From the NCBI GenBank assembly GCA_043819035.1, contig JBDRFD010000029.1, positions 1 to 43,738 on the forward strand: a stretch of DNA of 43,738 nt, in the 5' to 3' direction. The stretch comes from Patescibacteria group bacterium. GTDB lineage: Bacteria > Patescibacteriota > Gracilibacteria > Peribacterales > Peribacteraceae. Shown piece by piece: positions 25,919-34,566 of this stretch; the first letter of the stretch is position 1; the number at the start of each line of letters is the position of its first letter. The translations under genes were made by a program, and so were the position numbers. The notes below the pieces were generated by a model. The model saw nothing but the letters and a program-made list of their open reading frames with translations. It did not search any database and had not been told where the DNA came from.

Positions 25919-28900
25919 TCCTGTTTTTCCTGTTTTTCCTTTTTCTTCTTCACCATGGATTCCACCTCATTAGTTAGCTCCTTTAACCACTTATTAGCCT
26001 TCTCTCCACTCTTACGAACAATGGCGCCATGCTCAATCCTCAGTGTATTCCCGCTCACCCTCCACTGCGGATTTACTTTAAGCAGCTCCATAATTTCCTT
26101 GGCAGTTACCCTCGGACTCAGGGTCAGCACAATTTCTACGGAGTCTTTCTTGTTGCCAGACTCTTCTTTAACCCGCACAACTCCTGCGTGACGACATGCC
26201 ATTTTTAACCGCAGTACCGCGAAGAGATTCTCAACCTGCTCTGATAACTTGCCGTACTCCTCTTCCAGATCATCTTCGAACTCTTTCAGGATTTCTTCAT
26301 CCTCACTCCCCGCAAGCTTCTGGTACACGGATATTTTCTCCTGCGGGTCGGTGATGTAGAAAGAAGGAATCATCGCTTCCACGGGAAGAAGAATCTCCAC
26401 ATTAATTTCTTCCTCAGCTTCGCCTTTTCGTCCCGCTTTAATTTCCTCAACCGCAGCCTTGAGCATCCTGAGGTAATGGCTAACTCCAACCGTCTGCATC
26501 GTTCCCGACTGGTGCGCTCCGAGGATTTCACCGGCACCTCTGATCTCCAAATCTTTCATGGCTACCTGGAAACCGCTACCAAGTTCACACGCTTCCACAA
26601 TCGCACGGAGCCTCTTTCGCGCATCGTCCTTAAGTTTGGCGCCATGGTAAAGGAAATATGCGAAGGCCTGTCGCTTGCTGCGTCCGACTCGTCCACGCAG
26701 CTGATAGAGCTGCGCGAGGCCGAAGTTTTCCGCCCCGTTCACAATCAACGTATTCGCGCGTGGAAGGTCGATTCCGTTCTCGACGATGGTCGAACTCACC
26801 AGCACTTGGCACTCGCCTTTTTTAAAGGCCATGATTCGTTTCTCTAGATCATCGGGCCTAAGTTGCCCGTGTCCGACGATGAACGTCGCCTCGGGGATAA
26901 GTTCGCGCAGTTTGTCGGTAAATGCATCGATCGTTTCCACACGGTTATGCAACATGAAGACCTGCCCTTCACGCTTGATCTCTTCCAGAATCGCCTGGCG
27001 AACCAGCGAGTCTGAATATTTTCGCACTTCGGTGATAATGGGGAGGCGCCCCGGAGGAGGAGTGGTGATCGTCGTGATGTCACGCAACTTATGCAGTCCC
27101 AGGTTCAGTGTCCGGGGAATCGGTGTGGCGGTCAGCGTGAGGATGTCGACCGACGCGCGCATCTCCTTAAACTTTTCTTTCTGCTTCACACCAAAGCGTT
27201 GCTCCTCGTCTACTATTACAAGCCCCAAATTTAAAAACTGAACGTCAGGCTGGAGGAGGCGATGCGTTCCTATGATAATATCGATGTCCCCCTTCCTGAG
27301 TCTCTGAATAATTTCCTTCTGCTGCTTGGGACTTCTAAAGCGTGAGAGCATTTCGATGCGCACGGGAAAATCTGACATGCGTTCTTTGAAAGTATGGAAG
27401 TGCTGGTCGGCGAGAATGGTGATGGGCGCAACGAGCGCAACCTGTTTCCCGTCCTGCACTGCTTTGAATGCCGCGCGCATTGCCACTTCCGTTTTCCCGA
27501 ATCCCACATCTCCGCAGATCAGGCGGTCCATCGGGTAGTCATTCTCCATATCTTTTTTGAAATCTTCGATCGCTTTTAGCTGCCCCGGGGTTTCCTGGTA
27601 CGGGAATCCTTTTTCGAACTTTGCCTGGTCATTGTTATCATCCTTATAAGCAAACCCCTTGGCCTTCGCACGCTTCGCGTAGAGGTCTAGCAGGTCTTTG
27701 GCAATTTTCCTGGTCTCCACCCTCATCTTTTCGGATACTTTCTTCCATTCCATTGTCCCAAGCCTTGTCAGATTAGGTTCGTTCCCCTCTTCGTACACGA
27801 ACTTGCTGAGCTTGTCCGCCTGATCGACGGGGATAAAGAGTTTGTCGTTTTCCGCGTACGTCAATTCCAGATACTCGTGCATAGTGTTATCCACCTCCTT
27901 CTGTGTCATACCCTCAAATAGCCCAATCCCATGCTCCATGTGGACCACGTAGTCACCGGGGACGAGAGATGTGATAAAGTCGAGCGCGAGTTTGGCAATA
28001 CTCCTCTGCTTCCCGGCCTTCTTCAGAGAAAATATTTCGCGATCTGTGAGGAGCGCAAACTTGAGGTCCGGATTTTGGAGCGAGTGCGGGAGCAAATCAT
28101 CTTCTTCCGCGCCAATGAGAGTCACCACCCCCTTCTTGCTCTCCTTTTTTGTCGTATGTGCAATCCTCTCCTCACGCAAAATACCTTCCAGTTCTCCTAA
28201 ACGCTTTGTCACTACAAAGAGTGACCAGTCTTGGGTCAATTTATCGCGAATATCATTCAAGAAGTCGCCTAACGTATAGAACTTGAGAACCGAGAGATAG
28301 CGCACGTGCGCGTGATGTTCCTCGCCTGCCGGAAAAGGCGTAAACCTTAGCGCCGAATTCTGCAGAGGAAACTCGATATCATCCTGGTCATCCAGAACAA
28401 GGAGCGAATCCGCGGGCAGCTGCCTCGCAAGAGCGTTCGTCTGCTCATACACAATGGGGAAGACGGTGAGAGGTCCCTTGTACTCAGTCGTCTTGGAAAG
28501 ATCATCCCGATCAACCGCGAAGATCTTTTCGACCGTGTCAAACTCGAGCGCTACCCGAAAAGGTTGACTTTCCTGAATGGGATAAATGTCGAACACATCT
28601 CCGCTGCGTCTGTATTCCCCCGGCTGTAAGTACAGGTCTTCACCGTGGCTGTACCCTAAAGCCACTAATGACTCGACCACTTCTGTGAAATCAATCTCCT
28701 TTCCTTTCTTGAGAACGATTTTCTCTTCCTCCAGTTTTACAAATGATGGGAACATCGTGTCCCACGTTTTCCTTGAACAAAGATACACACCTACCCCCCT
28801 GCCACCGTCGCTCATGAGCGACGTGACTTGCATAAAGAGAAGGAACGGTTGCAGTGCCTGCGGGACTATCTCTCCCTCTCCATTTTCAATGGGGCTCAAG

Positions 28901-29130
28901 ACTTTTGTTTCCTGACCGAAGAATGCAAGCCAGTGCCGCCATGCCTCGCACTGCGCATCGTTCTCCGTGACGATGATGGTTGGTTGTTGGTTAAATGAGA
29001 GGAGATGACTGAGGAGCAACGCCTTTGCCGTCTCATTCGAGGCACCGGAAAGAATCAGCCGTCTTTTGGCCTTCAGAAGTTCTGCGAGTTCCCTGTGAGT
29101 TGCGCTCCCTAAAAGGAGAGAGGATTTCAT
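25906..29130 (-). CDS. mfd: Transcription-repair coupling factor
   Basis: Motifs are CGDVGFGKTEVA (Walker A), VIVDEEQRFGV (DEEQ box), LTLTATPIPRTL, QLYQLRGRVGRS, and a TRG-like C-terminal region. Confidence 0.95.
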   Translation of the reverse strand: MKSSLLLGSATHRELAELLKAKRRLILSGASNETAKALLLSHLLSFNQQPTIIVTENDAQCEAWRHWLAFFGQETKVLSPIENGEGEIVPQALQPFLLFMQVTSLMSDGGRGVGVYLCSRKTWDTMFPSFVKLEEEKIVLKKGKEIDFTEVVESLVALGYSHGEDLYLQPGEYRRSGDVFDIYPIQESQPFRVALEFDTVEKIFAVDRDDLSKTTEYKGPLTVFPIVYEQTNALARQLPADSLLVLDDQDDIEFPLQNSALRFTPFPAGEEHHAHVRYLSVLKFYTLGDFLNDIRDKLTQDWSLFVVTKRLGELEGILREERIAHTTKKESKKGVVTLIGAEEDDLLPHSLQNPDLKFALLTDREIFSLKKAGKQRSIAKLALDFITSLVPGDYVVHMEHGIGLFEGMTQKEVDNTMHEYLELTYAENDKLFIPVDQADKLSKFVYEEGNEPNLTRLGTMEWKKVSEKMRVETRKIAKDLLDLYAKRAKAKGFAYKDDNNDQAKFEKGFPYQETPGQLKAIEDFKKDMENDYPMDRLICGDVGFGKTEVAMRAAFKAVQDGKQVALVAPITILADQHFHTFKERMSDFPVRIEMLSRFRSPKQQKEIIQRLRKGDIDIIIGTHRLLQPDVQFLNLGLVIVDEEQRFGVKQKEKFKEMRASVDILTLTATPIPRTLNLGLHKLRDITTITTPPPGRLPIITEVRKYSDSLVRQAILEEIKREGQVFMLHNRVETIDAFTDKLRELIPEATFIVGHGQLRPDDLEKRIMAFKKGECQVLVSSTIVENGIDLPRANTLIVNGAENFGLAQLYQLRGRVGRSKRQAFAYFLYHGAKLKDDARKRLRAIVEACELGSGFQVAMKDLEIRGAGEILGAHQSGTMQTVGVSHYLRMLKAAVEEIKAGRKGEAEEEINVEILLPVEAMIPSFYITDPQEKISVYQKLAGSEDEEILKEFEDDLEEEYGKLSEQVENLFAVLRLKMACRHAGVVRVKEESGNKKDSVEIVLTLSPRVTAKEIMELLKVNPQWRVSGNTLRIEHGAIVRKSGEKANKWLKELTNEVESMVKKKKEKQEKQEKQD

Positions 29131-29333
29131 TAGATTTTCAAAATATTACTACTTTAGAAATGATGTATTCCGCTATAAGTCCCGCGATCCAAATAGATCG
29201 AGGAGACTGAGGTATTCACTGTGACTATGGATACTATAGCAATATTTTGGAGGGTTCTCAAGGATGATTTATATGTTTTTCTCTCCCAACAACCCAGATG
29301 TACTTCCATCACTACAGCTGGTGAAAGCTCTAA

Positions 29334-29469
29334 GGGCTAAAGCCCATTAAGTCTTTTGTTAACCCCGCATTCTCGCCTTCGCATAGCCGGATCGATAGTT
29401 CGAATGTCAATAAAATGTAGATGTCTCGTAAGAACGCTACGGCGGAGCAAGGTAAATGCGGGGTTAACA
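29334..29469. repeat. Second family C element, with an 85-nt interior
   Basis: GGGCTAAAGCCC (29334..29345). TGTTAACCCCGCAT (29357..29370) and ATGCGGGGTTAACA (29456..29469) are a perfect 14-bp inverted repeat. Confidence 0.75.
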
Positions 29470-29525
29470 AACGCATATTTTTAGTTGCACTTGCATGATT
29501 AGTAAGCATTCACGGTATTAAAGAG

Positions 29526-29562
29526 CTTACTCCTCCTGCAACCTAAGAGGCATTATCAGGTG
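29526..29562. repeat. Exact 37-bp copy of the dnaN 3' end (last 11 codons, stop, plus 1 nt)
   Basis: CTTACTCCTCCTGCAACCTAAGAGGCATTATCAGGTG is identical to 33040..33076. Confidence 0.9.
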
Positions 29563-29683
29563 GGGCGTACTCGCCGCTTATATCCCTGAGTGTTCCCCGA
29601 GATTTCATTATCGTTATTTAAAATTAATGTTCTATTATCAAAATAGATGTATAAAATACATATGATTTCCCCCCATCTTAATA

Positions 29684-31174
29684 ATGCTGAATATTGGCCT
29701 CGTACATCTTGTGCTCGTTGCTAGCTTATTAACAAACATCGTCTTGATGACTATCAATACACAAGGCCCTTCTCAGCTTGGGCAAATCATGGGAGACCCC
29801 TTTGTGGATGAATTTTATGAAGAGCCACAGGATATACTAGATCTTTTTGATTTTACGTCCGACCCCTCACCTGAACATGGTACATTTTACTCAGACTATG
29901 AAGATAGGGATGACGATGATGAGGAGCATGAGCCCTTTACTTCTGAAGCGCCTCTTGATCCTCCCGGTGAGCATGTCCCCGCTCTTACGCTTGCACATGA
30001 CACAGAGATCTCCTCATTACATAGCACTTTTGCCTCCGCTGCTGGACATGAGCCTGCTGAATCCGCAAGTGAATCTATTCACCATCCGGAAGATTCTTCC
30101 TACCATGACCCGGCTCTATCTACAGCTGGACATGACCCTGTGGTATCAACTGGCGATCATGAATCAACTCTTTCCCCGAGGCACGATGAAACACTCTCTA
30201 CTATGGGGCACTACCCTGTAGATAGTAGTACACATACAGCTTATGATTCTTTGAGCCATACCCCATCATTATCGACGAGCGGGCATTACCCCAGGCTCTC
30301 TGCAGACGGTAAACATGATCCCTCGGATTCTGGTTCTAAACATGATTCCTTTGCTTCTGCTACTCACGACATTACCGAATCATACATTGGGCATTGGCCA
30401 AGTGTGTCTGCTACGCATTCTGCTCTTGATTCATCCAGCCATGAAAGCGAGCTTTCTGTTGTTGGACACCACCCATCAATTTCCATACTACATACCATTG
30501 GTTACTCAGAAGCTCACAGCACCGAGGACTCTAAAGCTGGTCATGACCCCTTTGTGTCGACTGATGCTGAACATTCACCATCTGACTCATATGCTCATGA
30601 TCCTGTTGTAAGTGGAGCAGCCCCTCATGACCCTACTATGAGCACTGGTGGTCATTCTTTGAGTGACTCCTTAGGTGGTCATCCTGGTATGCATACGGTT
30701 TCATTAAGTGAAGAGGGGGCTCGTGCTCTTATGGAGGCTCATGCTATTGTTGGGAGTGAGCCTCATGACGCTGAATATTCCAGCTCTGATCATGATACTG
30801 CTGCTTCCGACGGTGAGCATAATCCTTTTTTATCACATGATCTAGCAACATCACTTGGTGATCATTTATCGAGTGCTTCCTCAATGCATACAGTACCTAA
30901 AAGCGAAGAAGGGGCTCATGATATTGTTGGGAGTGAGCCTCATGACGCTGAATATTCCGGTATTGGCCATACCACTAGTGACTCCTCAGGCATTCACGAT
31001 CCCGTTGTAAGTGAAGAAACCTATCATGATTCTGCTATGTCAACCGGTGACCATCCTGAGCCTCATGACCCGGCCTTCTCTGTTTTAGAACAACATTATG
31101 CCTCCGACTCAGGTCATGGGGAGGGTCACGATCCAATGGATTCATACGACGAAGATGGTGGTTACGGTGAGTAG
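29684..31174 (+). CDS. Membrane-anchored His/Asp/Ser/Pro-rich repeat protein (degenerate x-H-D-P-x-x-S units)
   Basis: The N-terminal TM segment is LVHLVLVASLLTNIVLMTI. It carries many GHDPVVS/HDPxxS-like units. The same repeat continues in frame after the TAG up to 31288. Confidence 0.7.
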   Translation: MLNIGLVHLVLVASLLTNIVLMTINTQGPSQLGQIMGDPFVDEFYEEPQDILDLFDFTSDPSPEHGTFYSDYEDRDDDDEEHEPFTSEAPLDPPGEHVPALTLAHDTEISSLHSTFASAAGHEPAESASESIHHPEDSSYHDPALSTAGHDPVVSTGDHESTLSPRHDETLSTMGHYPVDSSTHTAYDSLSHTPSLSTSGHYPRLSADGKHDPSDSGSKHDSFASATHDITESYIGHWPSVSATHSALDSSSHESELSVVGHHPSISILHTIGYSEAHSTEDSKAGHDPFVSTDAEHSPSDSYAHDPVVSGAAPHDPTMSTGGHSLSDSLGGHPGMHTVSLSEEGARALMEAHAIVGSEPHDAEYSSSDHDTAASDGEHNPFLSHDLATSLGDHLSSASSMHTVPKSEEGAHDIVGSEPHDAEYSGIGHTTSDSSGIHDPVVSEETYHDSAMSTGDHPEPHDPAFSVLEQHYASDSGHGEGHDPMDSYDEDGGYGE

Positions 31175-31294
31175 AACCATGATCCCTTTACTTCTGGGGC
31201 ACCGCATGATCCTGCTTTGAGCGAAGAAGCCAGTCATGATCCCTATGTGTCTGAACCTCATGATCCCTATATGTCAGAGTCAATGTAGTCTTTC

Positions 31295-32392
31295 TTAGTC
31301 GTTTTTTGGATCCTTTGTAATACAGCCTGTTAGCTCTTGTTGATCTTTAAACTTCTTTTGGCATGCAGCTACATGCCCCCAGATATCTACCATTTGTGAG
31401 TATGTTATGTATGGAGAGATAAGAACCCGGCTTGGCTTTCGATTGCCAGATTCATCCAGAAAATCTCCTCTTCCGCGTACTTTACCTTCTAAAGTTGGAT
31501 ATACCCTTATAATGTACTGCTCGAATTCTTCCGGATCCACAAAGTTATCTGCAAGCTGATCGAAGGGCCCATCATAATAATTATTCTGTCGCACATTCAT
31601 TTTATCTACTCCAAACAGAATTTTCCTTCCCATCCCAGGCTCATCATAAAATGCAAATCCTGAGCGCCTTCCTACGTAAATATCTTTCCCATACGGTTGA
31701 AGAAGATCGGGCAATGGTGCGGATTCATCTAGAACAAATCTGAATCTGGATTGCGTTTCATCAAAAAGAAGGACTAATTGAAATCCGGATTCATCAAATG
31801 TGCGCACAACAAATATTTCCCCCTCGTGCATTCTCATATCTACAGGCTCAGTTTGTGAAACATTGTGCAGAAGGAATGTTACAGTCTTATCTTTATATGT
31901 AACCGTGTATTCCAAATCATCAATTTTCTTCAGGATGACACCATCTTCATCGGAGAGATTTTTGTGCCATGATTCCCTATACTCAAAGTATGGTTCGCGC
32001 CGGTTTGTCACCCGAAAGTATGCGAAGCTAATGATCCCTTCTTCACGATCAATACTATCCAACCGAATATTCCCCCATATGTCCCCGCCATTTGCATAGA
32101 AATGGAAGTAGTAATAGTTCTCAGTTGGATACACATTCACAGTGTCTTTGAGCGAGCCAAACACGTATGAAAACATCGATTCAATGTCATCAAGATCCAG
32201 GGATTCTGATCTTACTTCGTCTATAAACTCTTCATTTGTATAGAGTTTGGGCATATTCCCTTTTAATGCTTCTGGGTCATTTCCTGTACCAACAGTTGAG
32301 CTCTGATTGGCACACCCCGTTAGAACCACACTAATTATGAGTGTTGCTATAGCGCCGATGGATTTCAAATAATTTATTTTCATCTTGTTCAC
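31295..32392 (-). CDS. Hypothetical lipoprotein (365 aa)
   Basis: The lipobox is ...IISVVLTGCANQSS, preceded by a basic N-terminus (MNKMKINYLK). Confidence 0.75.
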   Translation of the reverse strand: MNKMKINYLKSIGAIATLIISVVLTGCANQSSTVGTGNDPEALKGNMPKLYTNEEFIDEVRSESLDLDDIESMFSYVFGSLKDTVNVYPTENYYYFHFYANGGDIWGNIRLDSIDREEGIISFAYFRVTNRREPYFEYRESWHKNLSDEDGVILKKIDDLEYTVTYKDKTVTFLLHNVSQTEPVDMRMHEGEIFVVRTFDESGFQLVLLFDETQSRFRFVLDESAPLPDLLQPYGKDIYVGRRSGFAFYDEPGMGRKILFGVDKMNVRQNNYYDGPFDQLADNFVDPEEFEQYIIRVYPTLEGKVRGRGDFLDESGNRKPSRVLISPYITYSQMVDIWGHVAACQKKFKDQQELTGCITKDPKND

Positions 32393-32439
32393 TCTAACAT
32401 ATATTGCCTTATTTGCTCACATATCTTTAGCTGAGCAAC

Positions 32440-33010
32440 TGAGCAACTGAACACCCCTCGCCTTAAAGGCGAGGGGTTCGCGCTGCACTGAAGTGCCCTC
32501 GTTATTGGATATCCACAGTTCCGTGCTGCAATTCTTCTCCTTCTTGATTATCGATGTATTCCTTAATCATCTCATCTGTGATCGCACCACTTGATACTGC
32601 AAGGTATCCTCTTGCCCAGAAATGACGCCCCCAGAAGGTTTTGCGGACAGATGGAAAGAGAGAAAACAGTTTGTAAGGGCTTTCCCCTTTGATCTTTTGC
32701 ATAAGTTTTGAAATTGAAAGATGTGGTGGGTAGGATGCGAAGAGATGGACATGATCAATGGCAACTTTCCCTGAGATGATCTCTACATCTTCTTCCTGAC
32801 ATATTTGACGGATGAGATCTCGTACTTTCTCTCCAACTTGCCCATACAGTATTTTTTTGCGGTATTTTGGAACCCAGACTAGATGAACTTTAAGATCGTA
32901 TTTGCTGTGAGAAGTGGTGCGATAGTGCCTCATAAAAAGGCCACGTAGGGTACCACAAGTTGAGTAAGTGTCGAACTGAAGTCTCCGCCTAAAGGCGGGG
33001 GGTTTCACCC
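32440..33010 (-). mobile_element. IS200-type insertion sequence (IS200/IS605 family, tnpA only); boundaries approximate
   Basis: tnpA is flanked by subterminal hairpins CCCCTCGCC-TTAAA-GGCGAGGGG (32454..32476) and CTCCGCC-TAAA-GGCGGGG (32983..33000). Confidence 0.8.
32502..32933 (-). CDS. tnpA: IS200/IS605-family Y1 (HUH) transposase TnpA
   Basis: Motifs are MRHYRTTSHSKYDLKVHLVWVPKYRKK, the HUH motif HVHLF, and a C-terminal Tyr region (YIDNQ). I moved the start to 32933 so that the upstream hairpin is non-coding. Confidence 0.9.
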   Translation of the reverse strand: MRHYRTTSHSKYDLKVHLVWVPKYRKKILYGQVGEKVRDLIRQICQEEDVEIISGKVAIDHVHLFASYPPHLSISKLMQKIKGESPYKLFSLFPSVRKTFWGRHFWARGYLAVSSGAITDEMIKEYIDNQEGEELQHGTVDIQ

Positions 33011-33040
33011 ATTCCCCGAACTAGATACTAAGGACCACAC

Positions 33041-34201
33041 TTACTCCTCCTGCAACCTAAGAGGCATTATCAGGTGCAGCGACTGCTTTGCAGATGGAAT
33101 GTGGAATACCGCGGGGTGCATACTATCTGTGATGTGTACTTCCACCTCTTGATCGTCCACATGAGTTAAAAAGTCGAGGAGGTACGAGGAGCTTAGGGCA
33201 ATCTTGTTCGCGCTTCCGTCGACCGACACATCAAGCGTGGCTTCGTCTGTTCCGATCTGCGTCTGTGGAGTTTTGATGTGAAGGGATCCCTTTTTGAAAC
33301 TGAATGTGAGATTGTTATTAATCTCTTTCGCGAAGTAGTGCATACGTTTTACAACCGTAAGGAGTTCCTTTGTAGGAATCTTCACCTTGGTATTCGAGTC
33401 TTTTGGAATAATCTGCTGATAGTCCGGGAACTTTCCTTCGATCAGGCGCGAAAGGAGTTGTGTCTGCCCCACTGCCAATTCAATTTGTTGGCTACTCAAA
33501 GAGATCTCAACCTTTGGAGCTGCCTTTTTCTTTTTGTCCTCTTCTTCTCCACCCTTTTCTGTTTTCCCATCCTCCTTTTTGGAACCCAGTACACTCTTAA
33601 GTTCTTCCAAGACCTTTGCAGGAATGATGCAGGAGATATCGGATCCTCCGCTCATCGGAATACTATATTCAGAGAGTCTGTAGCTGTCTGTGGCCACAAA
33701 TACCAATTTCCCCTTCTCCGCGCGCAAATATACTCCGGAGAGTACCGGTCTTAGTGTTGATTTCGCTGATGCGAATGTCACCATATGAAGCGCATCCAGA
33801 AGCGGACCGGTATCCAAAGAGAATGACACTTCTTTTTCTATGGATGTGATTGTGGGATATTCAGATGCTGCTTCACCTGCAATTATTGTCTTTGCGTGTT
33901 TAGAGGTACATTTAAGTTGGGTCCCCTCACTGGTCTCCAAGAGAACCTCGTCATCAGAATTATATTGCGCAAAGTTTAATATTGCTTTTGATGGCACCGT
34001 AATCGCCCCCTCGTTTTCTATACTCGCTTCAAAGCTTGTCACAATACTCAGTTCCAAATCGGTTGCACTTACGGTGCACCTCTTTCCTTCGGCCACAATT
34101 AAAATATTTCCAAGAATCGGAAGTGCCTGCTGCCCGCTTATCGCACGACTCACAAGATGAATTGATTGGAGAAGTTGTGATGTTTGGCAGGAAAATTTCA
34201 T
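33041..34201 (-). CDS. dnaN: DNA polymerase III beta sliding clamp
   Basis: The N-terminus is MKFSCQTSQLLQSIHLVSRAISGQQALPILGNILIVAEG. The three-domain length fits, and the C-terminus is LIMPLRL. A K/E-rich insertion (KKEDGKTEKGGEEEDKKKKAAP) is present. Confidence 0.95.
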   Translation of the reverse strand: MKFSCQTSQLLQSIHLVSRAISGQQALPILGNILIVAEGKRCTVSATDLELSIVTSFEASIENEGAITVPSKAILNFAQYNSDDEVLLETSEGTQLKCTSKHAKTIIAGEAASEYPTITSIEKEVSFSLDTGPLLDALHMVTFASAKSTLRPVLSGVYLRAEKGKLVFVATDSYRLSEYSIPMSGGSDISCIIPAKVLEELKSVLGSKKEDGKTEKGGEEEDKKKKAAPKVEISLSSQQIELAVGQTQLLSRLIEGKFPDYQQIIPKDSNTKVKIPTKELLTVVKRMHYFAKEINNNLTFSFKKGSLHIKTPQTQIGTDEATLDVSVDGSANKIALSSSYLLDFLTHVDDQEVEVHITDSMHPAVFHIPSAKQSLHLIMPLRLQEE

Positions 34202-34566
34202 GTCTCTATAGTAATAAAGAAATATAATATTATAAATAGAAATAGAAGTAATAGTGTACTCTTCCCATAAAATAAATAATCAGTGTCTCATCTGTGGATG
34301 ATATGGGGACAAAAAAGAAACACAAGCATATTCTCAATTTAAAGCCACACAGCGTTGTGGAAGTTCAAAATTTGTATGTGTGGGGGGTGTGGAAAACTTG
34401 TGGATAACCATATTGACGGAACACCTGTAGCAACAATCTGTACTTTTAGTTTAACGCAAGCCAAAAGAGTTGGGTGGGTGTGGAAAAGTAGCAAAACATG
34501 TGGAGGTGGAGGAGCGAGGTCTTTCCACAGACGTTGTGGATAACTTTTGTGTCCAAAAGAGAGGAG
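34202..34566. promoter_or_regulatory. oriC-like region: AT-rich stretch plus a cluster of DnaA boxes upstream of dnaN
   Basis: There are perfect TTATCCACA complements at 34399..34407 and 34535..34543. One-mismatch boxes lie at 34293..34301, 34388..34396 and 34479..34487. Weaker boxes lie at 34356..34364 and 34521..34529. The stretch 34205..34290 is AT-rich. Confidence 0.65.

Noticed and set aside
29684-31288. Genome-wide stop-codon reassignment (TAG or TGA read as sense) as the explanation for the in-frame TAG
   Set aside because: TAG terminates aspS, operon gene 4 and the GlmU-like gene at positions that give normal lengths. TGA terminates dnaE, and TAA terminates mfd and dnaN. Global recoding is therefore unlikely, although local read-through or a recent mutation remains possible.
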